DNA of 48,065 nt. It comes from Prosthecobacter sp. (lineage in GTDB: Bacteria; Verrucomicrobiota; Verrucomicrobiia; Verrucomicrobiales; Verrucomicrobiaceae). Both the position numbers and the translations under genes were made by a program. Position 1 is the first letter of the stretch. Every line of letters starts with the position of its first letter. Shown one piece after another: positions 8,652 to 17,029 of this stretch. The DNA lies in the NCBI GenBank assembly GCA_046316935.1, contig JBKCXA010000347.1, positions 1 to 48,065 of the forward strand. Direction: 5' to 3'. Below the pieces are notes generated by a model. The model was not told where the DNA came from. It worked only from the letters and a program-made list of their open reading frames with translations, and did not search any database.

Positions 8652-9161
8652 ATGACATGGAAATGCCAGATTTGTGATTCGGTCCACGACGAGATGCCAA
8701 CGTGCTTTGGCTGCGAAGCTCCGTGGAGAGAACTCGTGGAGTCTGAGCAGGAGTTTGAGCAGGAGTTTGAGCAGAGAGTCGAACTCACCCGCGACCAATG
8801 TGTCGTGGATGAAAAACACTTCTTCATTCGAGGACATTTGGAGATTCCCATTCTGGGACGCTCTGAAACTCTGGCGTTGGCAGTTTGGTCATCTCTCAGC
8901 GAAACAAGCTTCTTGCATATGACAGGCCGGTGGAATGACGCCGACAGGGAAAACGATCCACCCTATTTCGGATGGCTCAGCTCACGACTGCCTTTTTATC
9001 CTGACACTGTGAATCTGAAACTTTCGGTGCAAAGCCAGGCACCTGGATGGGTTCCCCTTTTCACCACGGAACCGACAAATCATCCACTCTCGGTCGATCA
9101 GCATCAGGGCATCACCATCGAGCGCTGGCATGAACTCGCCCACAGCTTCATGGGGCATTAG
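8652..9161 (+). CDS. DUF2199 domain protein (cassette cargo)
   Basis: N-terminal WKCQICDSVH, D.CVVD..HFFIRG.LEIP, WSSLSE.SF, YFGWLS..LP.YPDT, HPL..DQ..GIT. Confidence 0.82.
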   Translation: MTWKCQICDSVHDEMPTCFGCEAPWRELVESEQEFEQEFEQRVELTRDQCVVDEKHFFIRGHLEIPILGRSETLALAVWSSLSETSFLHMTGRWNDADRENDPPYFGWLSSRLPFYPDTVNLKLSVQSQAPGWVPLFTTEPTNHPLSVDQHQGITIERWHELAHSFMGH

Positions 9162-9175
9162 TCTTTCGTTCATCC

Positions 9176-10168
9176 CTACACCCCGCCCGCAAACAACGTC
9201 CTGAGCTCCTCCAGCGCTTCACCCTCCGCACACACCTCGGTGAGGTTGGCGATGGCGGCGGGGATGTGCTGCTCGAAATGGGGTTTGCCGAGGTTGCGAC
9301 TGAGGTTGGCGTAGGCACCGAGGGCCTGCATGAGGCGCTGGGCGGCGCAGAGATAAAAGACCTCGCGCAGCTCCGCGAGGTCGAGGCCGCGATGGGTGGC
9401 GTAGAAGCTGAGGAGCTGGTTGCGCTCGGTGCGGGTGAGGGTGACGTAAGGATCGTAGAGCAGGCTGGCGAGGTCGTATTCGGCGAGGCCGAGGCGCAGT
9501 CCCTGGTAATCAACGAACCAGGCGTCTTCGCCGCGAATGAGGACGTTTTGACTTTGGAAATCGCGATGCACGAGGCACCTCGGAAGACGTGCGAGGCGAC
9601 GGCGGAGACGGCGCAGCGTCTCGTGGGCAGCGTCGAATTCTTTGTCGAGAAACTCGCGACCTAGGAAACCGCGGACGTAGTGATCGAGGAAGTAGTTTTG
9701 CTCCCACTCGTAGAGCGCCTCATCGAACTCCGGCTCCAGCTCCGCGTGATCCGTGCGGGTCAGGGCATCCTCGGTGACGCCGTGGATCTTTGCCGCCTCG
9801 CGGAGCGTGGCCTCATAAAGCGGTTGGCGGTCGCTCCAGGGGCGCTCGCGGAAGCTGTGCAAGTCCACGCGGCCGAGATCATCCAGCCAGACGCAGAGAC
9901 GCTGCTCGTCAAAGGCCTGAATGCCGGGCACATGCACGCCGAGCTTCGCGAGGCGTCGGGTGGCGGGGACGAACTTCGGATTGTCACGCCGGGCCATGGT
10001 ATAGACCATCAGGATCATCGGGGCGTGGGCGTCGCTGGCCCAGTTCAGTCGGTAAAAATGCCTGTCCGAGCCGCCTTTGACGATGGGCTCGACCTCGCAC
10101 GCGAAGTCACGGAGCGCCGGAAATTGCTCGCGGGTGAGGATGAGGAGCGCTTCGTGTTCGGGAGGCAT
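9176..10168 (-). CDS. amgK: APH/choline-kinase-like phosphotransferase, AmgK (anomeric MurNAc/GlcNAc kinase)-like
   Basis: GGSDRHFYR, LDDLG, LVHRDFQSQN, VDYQG..G..EYDLASLLYDPY, QRLMQALGAY; directly downstream of a murU-like gene. Confidence 0.8.
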   Translation of the reverse strand: MPPEHEALLILTREQFPALRDFACEVEPIVKGGSDRHFYRLNWASDAHAPMILMVYTMARRDNPKFVPATRRLAKLGVHVPGIQAFDEQRLCVWLDDLGRVDLHSFRERPWSDRQPLYEATLREAAKIHGVTEDALTRTDHAELEPEFDEALYEWEQNYFLDHYVRGFLGREFLDKEFDAAHETLRRLRRRLARLPRCLVHRDFQSQNVLIRGEDAWFVDYQGLRLGLAEYDLASLLYDPYVTLTRTERNQLLSFYATHRGLDLAELREVFYLCAAQRLMQALGAYANLSRNLGKPHFEQHIPAAIANLTEVCAEGEALEELRTLFAGGV

Positions 10169-10175
10169 GCGGTGA

Positions 10176-10210
10176 AATGACGAATGAGGAATGCGGAATG
10201 ACGAATGAGG
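10176..10210. repeat. Five tandem heptamers AATG(A/C)(C/G)G
   Basis: aatgacg-aatgagg-aatgcgg-aatgacg-aatgagg, just upstream of the amgK start. Confidence 0.85.
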
Positions 10211-10222
10211 CGGGAGTGTCAG

Positions 10223-10282
10223 GTTTCAGGTTCCAAGTTTCAAGAGGGGAGTGGTGGGGGCTTGGAACTTGGAACCTGAAAC
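10223..10282. repeat. Hairpin built of GTTYCAR heptamers
   Basis: gtttcaggttccaagtttcaag-16nt-cttggaacttggaacctgaaac; 22-bp stem with one G-U pair. Confidence 0.85.
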
Positions 10283-10292
10283 TGTCCCGGCT

Positions 10293-11213
10293 TTAGAAAT
10301 CGACGTCCTCGAATGTGCCGGCGGCGGTGACATTTGAACGCACGATGCATCGCGTGAGGCGGGCGCCGGTGACGACGCGGGCGTGGGGCCAGAGGATGCA
10401 GTCCTCGAGCTGGCAGCCGGGCTCGACGGTGGCTCCGGGGCCGATGACGTTCGTGCGGCGCAGGATGGCATCGGGGGCGACGTGAGCCTCGGGATGAATC
10501 GCCGGGCCGTGCATGCCATTGAGGGCGGCGTGGGCGGCGAGGTATTGCGTGCGGCTACCGAGATCCCACCACTGGCCTTCATCGAGCACCACCGCGCCGA
10601 CTTTGACGCCGCGACGGATCATTTCGAGGAAGATGGGGATGACGGACTCGACCTTGCCCGGCGTGAGCCAGTCGTGGATGGCGGTCGAGCAGGCGTAGAT
10701 GCCGGTGAAGAGGTGCGTGCCTTCATCGCCGGTCTCGAGCTTGTTGCGGATGTCGGTGACGCGACGACCCGCCGCATCGTAGGCGATGTGCAAGGCCGGC
10801 CCGTGGCTGCGCAGAGCGAGCGTGATGATGTTCCCGCTGCGCTGATGCTCCTCGATCAGCGGGGCGAGCGGGAGGTCCGTGAGGATGTCGCCATTGTAAA
10901 CGAGGAAGGGCTCGTCGTGGAGCAGGTCGCGCACGTTGGCGATGCCGCCGGCGGTTTCGAGGCGCACGGGGCTTTCATTGCGAAAGGCGATCGGCATGTC
11001 GCGGTAGCGATGGTCGGGAAAGGCCTTGTCGTATTCGCCGGGCAGGTGGTGCGTGTTGACAACGAGACGCCGCACACCGGCCGCATGCAGATGATCAAAC
11101 GCATGCGTGATGAGCGGTCGGTGGAAGACGGGGATAAGCGGCTTCGGGAGCTGCTCCGTCAAAGGACGCAACCGCTCGCCGAGGCCCGCGCCGAGAACGA
11201 AAGCCTGATTCAC
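10293..11213 (-). CDS. murU: Nucleotidyltransferase, MurU (MurNAc-alpha-1-P uridylyltransferase)-like
   Basis: AFVLGAGLGERLRPLT..LPKPLIPV, LETAGGI, VYNGDI, WWDLGS, short C-terminal hexapeptide-like region; GTG start preceded by TTGCGC-17nt-TAGGAC. Confidence 0.75.
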   Translation of the reverse strand: MNQAFVLGAGLGERLRPLTEQLPKPLIPVFHRPLITHAFDHLHAAGVRRLVVNTHHLPGEYDKAFPDHRYRDMPIAFRNESPVRLETAGGIANVRDLLHDEPFLVYNGDILTDLPLAPLIEEHQRSGNIITLALRSHGPALHIAYDAAGRRVTDIRNKLETGDEGTHLFTGIYACSTAIHDWLTPGKVESVIPIFLEMIRRGVKVGAVVLDEGQWWDLGSRTQYLAAHAALNGMHGPAIHPEAHVAPDAILRRTNVIGPGATVEPGCQLEDCILWPHARVVTGARLTRCIVRSNVTAAGTFEDVDF

Positions 11214-11258
11214 GGCGGCGGTCCTACCAGCCAGCGGCGAAAGGCGCAAATGGGAAGT

Positions 11259-11981
11259 TCACGCCTGCTTCCGCTTCGCTCGCAGGACGAAGAAAGCGAC
11301 GATCAGCGCCACGCCGGACAGCATCAAAAGCATGTTCCGATCATTTGGGCTGCCGCCGGATGCCTCTGGGGCAGGTGCAGGCTCGGCGGCAGGTTCATCA
11401 TCCTTTGCCTCGATCACCGCGGGCGGTGGCGTGCGGGGCTGCCAGGTCTTCAAATCGAGGACGTAGCTCGTTTCACCAGGGAACAGCACCTGAAAGCGCT
11501 CCAAGGCCGTGCCGCGCACCACATTCCGCAGGATGACGCTGAGTTGGCCAGCCTTCGTCGCCTCGATGGAGAAGCCGGTGGCGGCGGGCGGGAGCTTCAC
11601 GCTGGCGGTGCCGGTGAGCACCACCACGTCGTCGTCGTTTTTCAAAGGCACGTTTTCATGCGTGGTGAAGGTCCACTCAAACACCGGCTCCAGCGGCGGG
11701 GCACCATCGAGGAGGAAGTGAACTGTTTTGCGGATGTACTCGCTGGCCTGCGTCTTCCACTGCGCCTGCTGAGCGGCAGGCGTGACGGCAAAATCGGCCT
11801 TCGTCACGGACGGGGCCACGTTTGGATCGGGCTCAAAGCAGCGCGGGTCCACCTCCGTGCGGAAGCTGAGGCCGCCCTGGCCATCGAAGGAGGCATGAAT
11901 GGGGATTTCCGGCAGCGGATGGGCATGGGCGAGACCGCAGAACGCGGCGAATGCCAAGGAAGATAAGAGCGGGAGACGCAT
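11259..11981 (-). CDS. Hypothetical secreted protein with C-terminal membrane anchor
   Basis: Signal peptide MRLPLLSSLAFAAFCGLAHA-H; Pro/Ala-rich linker; C-terminal TM plus RAKRK. Confidence 0.78.
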   Translation of the reverse strand: MRLPLLSSLAFAAFCGLAHAHPLPEIPIHASFDGQGGLSFRTEVDPRCFEPDPNVAPSVTKADFAVTPAAQQAQWKTQASEYIRKTVHFLLDGAPPLEPVFEWTFTTHENVPLKNDDDVVVLTGTASVKLPPAATGFSIEATKAGQLSVILRNVVRGTALERFQVLFPGETSYVLDLKTWQPRTPPPAVIEAKDDEPAAEPAPAPEASGGSPNDRNMLLMLSGVALIVAFFVLRAKRKQA

Positions 11982-12146
11982 CCGGCCAGTCTGCCACGGG
12001 AGCCGGGGCTGAGACGAGCGCTTTCTGGCCACCCCACAAAAATTTTGATAGCCAAAGGACCTTCCCCCCGTGTTTAATGCTGCATTCCGCGATTTTGGCG
12101 TCCCGAGACCGGTCCGCCGCACGGAACCCTCCACTCAAACACATCC

Positions 12147-12392
12147 ATGAAATCCATCCTCACCACCCTCGTGATCGCCGCCCTCGCTGCTCCTGCCTTC
12201 GCTGGCTGCGGCAAAACCGAAGACGTCACCGGCAAGCTCAAGAAATTCGACGCTGAGAAGAAAACCGTCGAGATCGGCAGCAAGAGCTACAAGCTCGGCC
12301 CATCCGCCTCCGTCGATGAGAAGCTCGTCGGCAAGGAAGTGACCGCCAAGGTCGGCCACAACAAGGTCGAGTCCATCGCCGCCAAGAGCTAA
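12147..12392 (+). CDS. Small secreted hypothetical protein (OB-fold-like)
   Basis: Signal peptide; Lys-rich 81 aa; strongly biased codons; followed by a terminator. Confidence 0.8.
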   Translation: MKSILTTLVIAALAAPAFAGCGKTEDVTGKLKKFDAEKKTVEIGSKSYKLGPSASVDEKLVGKEVTAKVGHNKVESIAAKS

Positions 12393-12425
12393 TCGGATCA
12401 TCGCATCACGATTCAACAATCTGAG

Positions 12426-12453
12426 CCCGGAGGTTTCCCCTCCGGGTTTTTTT
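12426..12453 (+). terminator. Rho-independent terminator
   Basis: cccggagg-tttcc-cctccggg-ttttttt. Confidence 0.85.
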
Positions 12454-12550
12454 ATGGACACGCGTGGCGTGGGAGGAGTCAAATCGTGCTGGAACCGCCG
12501 CCTTATCAGACGGCGGCTCCACATAGATAAAACATAGACATACCCATACC

Positions 12551-13348
12551 ATGAAAACAAACACACACAGGAGGGACGTCGGCTTCACGCTGATCGAACT
12601 GCTGGTGGTGATCACCATCATCGCGATTCTCGCGGGGCTGGCGATCCCTGCCGGGCAGGCGGTCTTGAAGACGGCACGTCAAAATCAGGCGTCGAACAAT
12701 TGCAGACAGGTCATCATGGCCTTGAAGCAGTTCGCCGCTAAAAATCAGTCGCAGTACCCTGACTCGGTGCTGAACCCGCTCACCGGCGGCACGGCTCAAA
12801 ATGCGAACGAGGCATTCCACCTGCTCTTCCAGCAGCATGTGGTGGCCGATGAGCGCATCTTCGGCAGTCCCGCCGGCTACAACCCGGATGGCGTCATCGG
12901 CAAAGCCCCCGCGTTTGACCGTGCGGTGACCGCCAATGAAAACCACTGGGCCATGACCGCCGGCCTCACGGACACCAGCGCCAGCAATGTGCCGCTCGTG
13001 TTTGAAAACCCCGTCGCCTCCGCCTGGCCTCCGCAATGGAACGCCAGCGTGGCCGGGCAGATCCGCCCAGGCCGCACCTGGACGGGCGGGCAGGTCATCA
13101 TCGGCCGGCAGGACGGCAGCGCGGAGGTCGTCGATCTCAATGCCAGCACTGGCCTGGTCACCGTGCCGCAAAAAGCCGGCGGGATGGACATCTTCACGCA
13201 AGCCACCGATGGGCAAACGCAGGGCATCCTGCTCCCCGTGGTGAAAAGCGGCGTGACGAAGACGAAGAAGGAGGATCTCATCGACCTGCCCGGCACGCAG
13301 CCAAAGGCCGAGGATCTGCTCAAGCCAAGCTCTCCAATTGAAAACTGA
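12551..13348 (+). CDS. Prepilin-type N-terminal cleavage/methylation domain protein (T2SS/T4P-like)
   Basis: GFTLIELLVVITIIAILAGL motif; degenerate X9-DG motif near C-terminus (TGGQVIIGRQDG). Confidence 0.9.
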   Translation: MKTNTHRRDVGFTLIELLVVITIIAILAGLAIPAGQAVLKTARQNQASNNCRQVIMALKQFAAKNQSQYPDSVLNPLTGGTAQNANEAFHLLFQQHVVADERIFGSPAGYNPDGVIGKAPAFDRAVTANENHWAMTAGLTDTSASNVPLVFENPVASAWPPQWNASVAGQIRPGRTWTGGQVIIGRQDGSAEVVDLNASTGLVTVPQKAGGMDIFTQATDGQTQGILLPVVKSGVTKTKKEDLIDLPGTQPKAEDLLKPSSPIEN

Positions 13349-13370
13349 TCGCTGATTGAAGCTGTCTCAC

Positions 13371-13404
13371 ACCGCCGGATGCCCTGTGTGTCCGGCGGTT
13401 TTTT
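13371..13404 (+). terminator. Rho-independent terminator
   Basis: accgccgga-11nt-tccggcggt followed by a T-run. Confidence 0.75.
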
Positions 13405-13411
13405 GTTGGGA

Positions 13412-13476
13412 GAAAGTGGAACAGGTTTTTAACCTGTTTGATCGAAGCCGAACAGGTTAAAACCTGTTCCACTTTC
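13412..13476. repeat. Nested palindromic REP-like element
   Basis: gaaagtggaacaggtttttaacctgtt ... aacaggttaaaacctgttccactttc; each arm contains an AACAGGTT/AACCTGTT palindrome. Confidence 0.85.
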
Positions 13477-13477
13477 C

Positions 13478-14773
13478 TCACTTCGCCATCAAACCGAGCA
13501 CGGCGGACGTCATCGCTTTCACACCGGTTTCGATCGTGGGCTCGGGGATCGGTTTGAAGTAAGGTGAATGCAGCGAGGGCAGCGTGATGCCTTTCGCTTT
13601 GGCTTCGGCCACAACCTCCGATGGCTGCGTGCCGAGCCAAAACATGCACAGCGGCACTTTTTCCTTGGTGAGGCCGTATTCGGCAAAATCCTCCGCTCCC
13701 ATGATGGGTTCGCGGGTGAGCACTTTCGAGGCTCCAAGAGCCTTTTCGAGGTGCTGACGCACTTCGGCGCAAAGTTCGGGCTGATTGTAGAGAGCAGGAG
13801 ATTGATCATCGGAGACAAGCACCTCGGGCATTTTCTCCGCCGGCATGCCCGCGGCCTCCGCCTGGGCTTTCACGATGCGCTGGATGGAGGTGATGAGGTG
13901 CTTGCGAGTTTCCGTTTTGTAGCTGCGCAGCGTGAGTTGGAGGCGCACTTCATCCGAGATGATGTTGCTCTTTGTTCCGCCATGGATGCTGCCGACGGTC
14001 ACCACCGCCGGATCGCCGGGCTTCACCTCGCGGCTGACGATGGTCTGCAAGGCCAGCACGATCTGCGAGGCGAGCACGATGGGGTCTTTGCACAGATGCG
14101 GCATGGAGCCATGGCCGCCCACGCCTTTCACGATGATCTCGACGCTATCCACATTCGCCAGCGCATAACCTTCGACGATGCCGACGGTGCCGTGAGCCAT
14201 GTCCGAGGAGCAATGCAGGGCCAGCGCCTTGTCCGGCTTGGGGAATTTGGAGAACAAACCGGCCCGCAGCATCAGCCGGGCGCCCAGCACCCGCTCCTCG
14301 GCCGGCTGACCAATCAAAACGAGCGTGCCTTTCCATTGATCGCGCAGCTTGGAAAGCACGCGAGCCGTGCCGATGAAGCTCGTCATGTGGATGTCGTGCC
14401 CGCAGGCATGCATGACGTTCACCTCGCGACCGGTGTCGTCCTTCACCACCTTCGTGCTGGCATACTCAGCGCCCGTTTGCTCCTTCACCGGCAGCGCATC
14501 AAGATCCGTGCGCACCAGCAGCGTGGGGCCGTCACCATTCTTCAACACGCCAACGAGGCCATGACCGCCCACCTTCTCCGTGACCTCGAAACCCGCCGCT
14601 CGCAGCTCCTTCGCCACCACTGCCGAGGTCTCGACCTCATGCATCGAAAGCTCCGGATTCGCATGCAGCTCTTTGTAGAGCGTGACGAGGGAGGGCAACT
14701 CGCTCTTTGTCACCGCCGTGAGATCTGCGGCGAGGAGCGAGGTGGAGACGAAGAGCAGCAGGAGGTGTTTCAT
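13478..14773 (-). CDS. M20-family amidohydrolase (secreted)
   Basis: LHANPELS, RTDLDALP, MHACGHD.H, QPAEE, GGHGS.PH, MGAEDF, LHSP.F. Confidence 0.92.
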   Translation of the reverse strand: MKHLLLLFVSTSLLAADLTAVTKSELPSLVTLYKELHANPELSMHEVETSAVVAKELRAAGFEVTEKVGGHGLVGVLKNGDGPTLLVRTDLDALPVKEQTGAEYASTKVVKDDTGREVNVMHACGHDIHMTSFIGTARVLSKLRDQWKGTLVLIGQPAEERVLGARLMLRAGLFSKFPKPDKALALHCSSDMAHGTVGIVEGYALANVDSVEIIVKGVGGHGSMPHLCKDPIVLASQIVLALQTIVSREVKPGDPAVVTVGSIHGGTKSNIISDEVRLQLTLRSYKTETRKHLITSIQRIVKAQAEAAGMPAEKMPEVLVSDDQSPALYNQPELCAEVRQHLEKALGASKVLTREPIMGAEDFAEYGLTKEKVPLCMFWLGTQPSEVVAEAKAKGITLPSLHSPYFKPIPEPTIETGVKAMTSAVLGLMAK

Positions 14774-14782
14774 TGAGGAAGA

Positions 14783-15619
14783 TTAGTTTGGAAGCCAGCC
14801 CATGGACGCCATCCAATCGGCGCAGCGTTGAGGCCAGGCATTGATGGGTTTGTTCTCGGCACGCATGCCGAAGCCGTGGCCGCCTTGGGTGAAGAGGTGA
14901 AGCTCACAGGGGATCTTGTGCTTTTTGTATTCGAGGTAGAGCACGGCCGAGGCAGTGGAGTTCTGGCCGTCGTTGTGAGCACAGGCGAGAAACATGGGTG
15001 GCGCATCGGCAGGCACAGTGAAGCCTTGTTTGAGCTTCGTGGGTTCTTTGGAGTCCATAAAGCCGCCGCCGTAGATCATGACGCCGAAGTCGGGACGCTC
15101 CAAAGGTTGGCCGCGATCACAAGCGAGATGGGCGAGGAGGTTTCCACCGGCGCTGAAGCCGAGGAGGCCGACACGTTTTGGATCGAGATGCCATTCGGCG
15201 GCCTTTTGACGCACGAGTTTGATGGCCTGCGCGGCATCGGCCACGGGTTTTTCGTGAGCAGCGGCATCATCGCGGGTGGGGGTGCGGTATTTGAGGAGGA
15301 TGCCGGTGACGCCGATGCTGGCGAGCCACTCACAAACCTGCGTGCCCTCATGCACCGCGGAGAGAAACACATAGCCGCCGCCAGGTGCCACGATGACGCT
15401 GGTGCCATTTGGCTTCGCCGGATGGAAGACGGTGAGCGTGGGCTCGTGGATGTTCGTGATGGTGGTCTTGCCCGCTTTGGTGCGAAGAAACTCCTGCGTG
15501 GCAGGCGAGGGCGGCGTCATCTGCCCAGGCGCCCCTTCAGGCCAGATTTTGATCTCCACGGGATCCGCGGCGTGGAGGGTGAAGGAGGCAAAAACAAGGA
15601 TGGAAAGGAGTCGGAGCAT
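14783..15619 (-). CDS. Alpha/beta hydrolase (carbohydrate esterase-like)
   Basis: APGGGY, LLKYR, GFSAGG nucleophile elbow, GGHGFG; signal peptide from ATG 15619. Confidence 0.88.
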   Translation of the reverse strand: MLRLLSILVFASFTLHAADPVEIKIWPEGAPGQMTPPSPATQEFLRTKAGKTTITNIHEPTLTVFHPAKPNGTSVIVAPGGGYVFLSAVHEGTQVCEWLASIGVTGILLKYRTPTRDDAAAHEKPVADAAQAIKLVRQKAAEWHLDPKRVGLLGFSAGGNLLAHLACDRGQPLERPDFGVMIYGGGFMDSKEPTKLKQGFTVPADAPPMFLACAHNDGQNSTASAVLYLEYKKHKIPCELHLFTQGGHGFGMRAENKPINAWPQRCADWMASMGWLPN

Positions 15620-15634
15620 GCGTCGGCGGGAAAC

Positions 15635-15709
15635 AACCACGGAATACACGAAACACACGGAACTCATTCAAACCATCCCAATTCCGTGTTTTGCGTGTGT
15701 TCCATGGCT
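15635..15709. repeat. Hairpin built of 9-nt CACGRAA-type repeats
   Basis: aaccacggaatacacgaaacacacggaa ... ttccgtgttttgcgtgtgttccatggct, imperfect inverted repeat. Confidence 0.75.
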
Positions 15710-15773
15710 GGATGATCTGTGGCGGATTGCACGATGTGCGATGGCGGGCAGGAGTGCCCGCCTCACTGAAAAC

Positions 15774-15805
15774 AAAAGAGCCTGCGAGGCATCTCGCAGG
15801 CTCTT
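15774..15805 (-). terminator. recA terminator
   Basis: aagagcctgcgag-gcat-ctcgcaggctctt 13-bp stem with flanking A-run (U-tract on minus strand). Confidence 0.8.
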
Positions 15806-15829
15806 GAAAAGGTGCCACGGGATGGTGGC

Positions 15830-16918
15830 TTATTCGTCGGAGGAGGCTGCGCCACCGCCCTTCGGAGCCGCGCCTTCTTTTTTCTCGGCAAGCTTCTGCT
15901 TCACCGCGGCCTCGATCTCCTCATAGACGCTGCTGTCGTTACGGAGCACTTCCTTGGCGGCATCACGGCCCTGGGCGAGCTGGGTGCCCTTGTAGCTGAT
16001 CCACGAGCCGCGTTTTTGCAGGATGTCGAAGTCCATCGCGAGATCCAGCAGGGAGCCGACATTGCTGATGCCTTCATTGTACATGATGTCGAACTCCGCC
16101 TCGGTGTAGGGAGGGGCGAGCTTGTTTTTGACGATTTTGACCTTCGTGCGGTTGCCGGTGACGGTGCCATCGGTCGTTTTGATGGCACCGATGCGGCGGA
16201 TGTCCACGCGAACGCTGGCGTAGAATTTGAGCGCCTTGCCGCCGGGGGTCGTTTCGGGGTTGCCGAACATGACGCCGATCTTTTCACGGATCTGGTTGGT
16301 GAAGATGCAGGTCGTGCGGGCCTTGCTGATGATGGCGGTGAGCTTTCTCAGCGCAGCGCTCATGAGGCGGGCCTGGGCACCGACGGTGCTGTCGCCAATC
16401 TCGCCTTCGAGTTCCTGGCGGGTGACCAGGGCGGCCACGGAGTCGATGACGACCACATCGAGAGCATTGGAGCGAACGAGGGTCTCGCAGATACGCAGAG
16501 CCTCTTCACCGCTGCTGGGCTGGGAGACGAGGAGTTCGTCCATCTTCACGCCGAGGCGGCGGGCGTAGTTCGGATCAAGGGCATGCTCCACATCAATGAA
16601 GGCGGCCAGACCACCGGCTTTTTGAGCCTGGGCGATGACGGTGAGGGTAAGCGTCGTCTTACCGGAGGATTCAGGGCCGTAAATCTCGACGACACGACCG
16701 CGGGCGAAGCCGCCGACGCCGAGCGCCTGGTCGATCAAAAGATTGCCGGTGGGGATGACGGAAACGTCCGCCTTGTGCTCTTCTCCCATGCGGAGGATGG
16801 CGCCTTCTCCGTAGTCTTTTTGGATTTGCTGGATGGCCAGGTCCAGGTTCCGGGCACGTGCCTCGGCGACTTTGTTGGTGGCAGATTCGGAGGCGGATTC
16901 TTTGGGGGCGCGGGCCAT
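15830..16918 (-). CDS. recA: Recombinase RecA
   Basis: [63 protein letters not shown]; start ATG 16918. Confidence 0.99.
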   Translation of the reverse strand: MARAPKESASESATNKVAEARARNLDLAIQQIQKDYGEGAILRMGEEHKADVSVIPTGNLLIDQALGVGGFARGRVVEIYGPESSGKTTLTLTVIAQAQKAGGLAAFIDVEHALDPNYARRLGVKMDELLVSQPSSGEEALRICETLVRSNALDVVVIDSVAALVTRQELEGEIGDSTVGAQARLMSAALRKLTAIISKARTTCIFTNQIREKIGVMFGNPETTPGGKALKFYASVRVDIRRIGAIKTTDGTVTGNRTKVKIVKNKLAPPYTEAEFDIMYNEGISNVGSLLDLAMDFDILQKRGSWISYKGTQLAQGRDAAKEVLRNDSSVYEEIEAAVKQKLAEKKEGAAPKGGGAASSDE

Positions 16919-16946
16919 GATGGTATTGCTTGAGTGGTTAAAATGC

Positions 16947-16960
16947 TGTTCGCCAGAACA
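16947..16960. promoter_or_regulatory. LexA-binding (SOS) box, Verrucomicrobia type
   Basis: Perfect TGTTC-gcca-GAACA about 30 nt upstream of the recA start; matches the published Verrucomicrobia LexA motif TGTTC-N4-GAACA. Confidence 0.88.
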
Positions 16961-17029
16961 GAAAACGCATTTTCGGGATGCCGTAAAGGCTTTTTCCTGC
17001 CGGGACGGAGATTTATGGGCCACCCGCCT

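Noticed and set aside
7769-8851. Minus-strand ORFs 7769-8134 and 8450-8851 ending in the AmgK C-terminal peptide, as possible fusion proteins
   Set aside because: Their N-terminal parts are antisense to the + strand cargo genes; only the duplicated amgK tail is meaningful, and copy 2 is frameshifted relative to amgK.
6719-9161. Classical integron cassette array
   Set aside because: No convincing RYYYAAC...GTTRRRY attC hairpins after the ORFs and no IntI gene in the window; a distant integrase cannot be excluded.
7769-9340. Diversity-generating retroelement (TR/VR) explanation for the amgK repeats
   Set aside because: Mismatches are not adenine-specific, many are synonymous, and no reverse transcriptase is in the window.
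7769-9340. CRISPR array or prophage att sites
   Set aside because: Repeats are 91-152 nt coding fragments separated by gene-sized spacers; no cas, phage or integrase genes are present.
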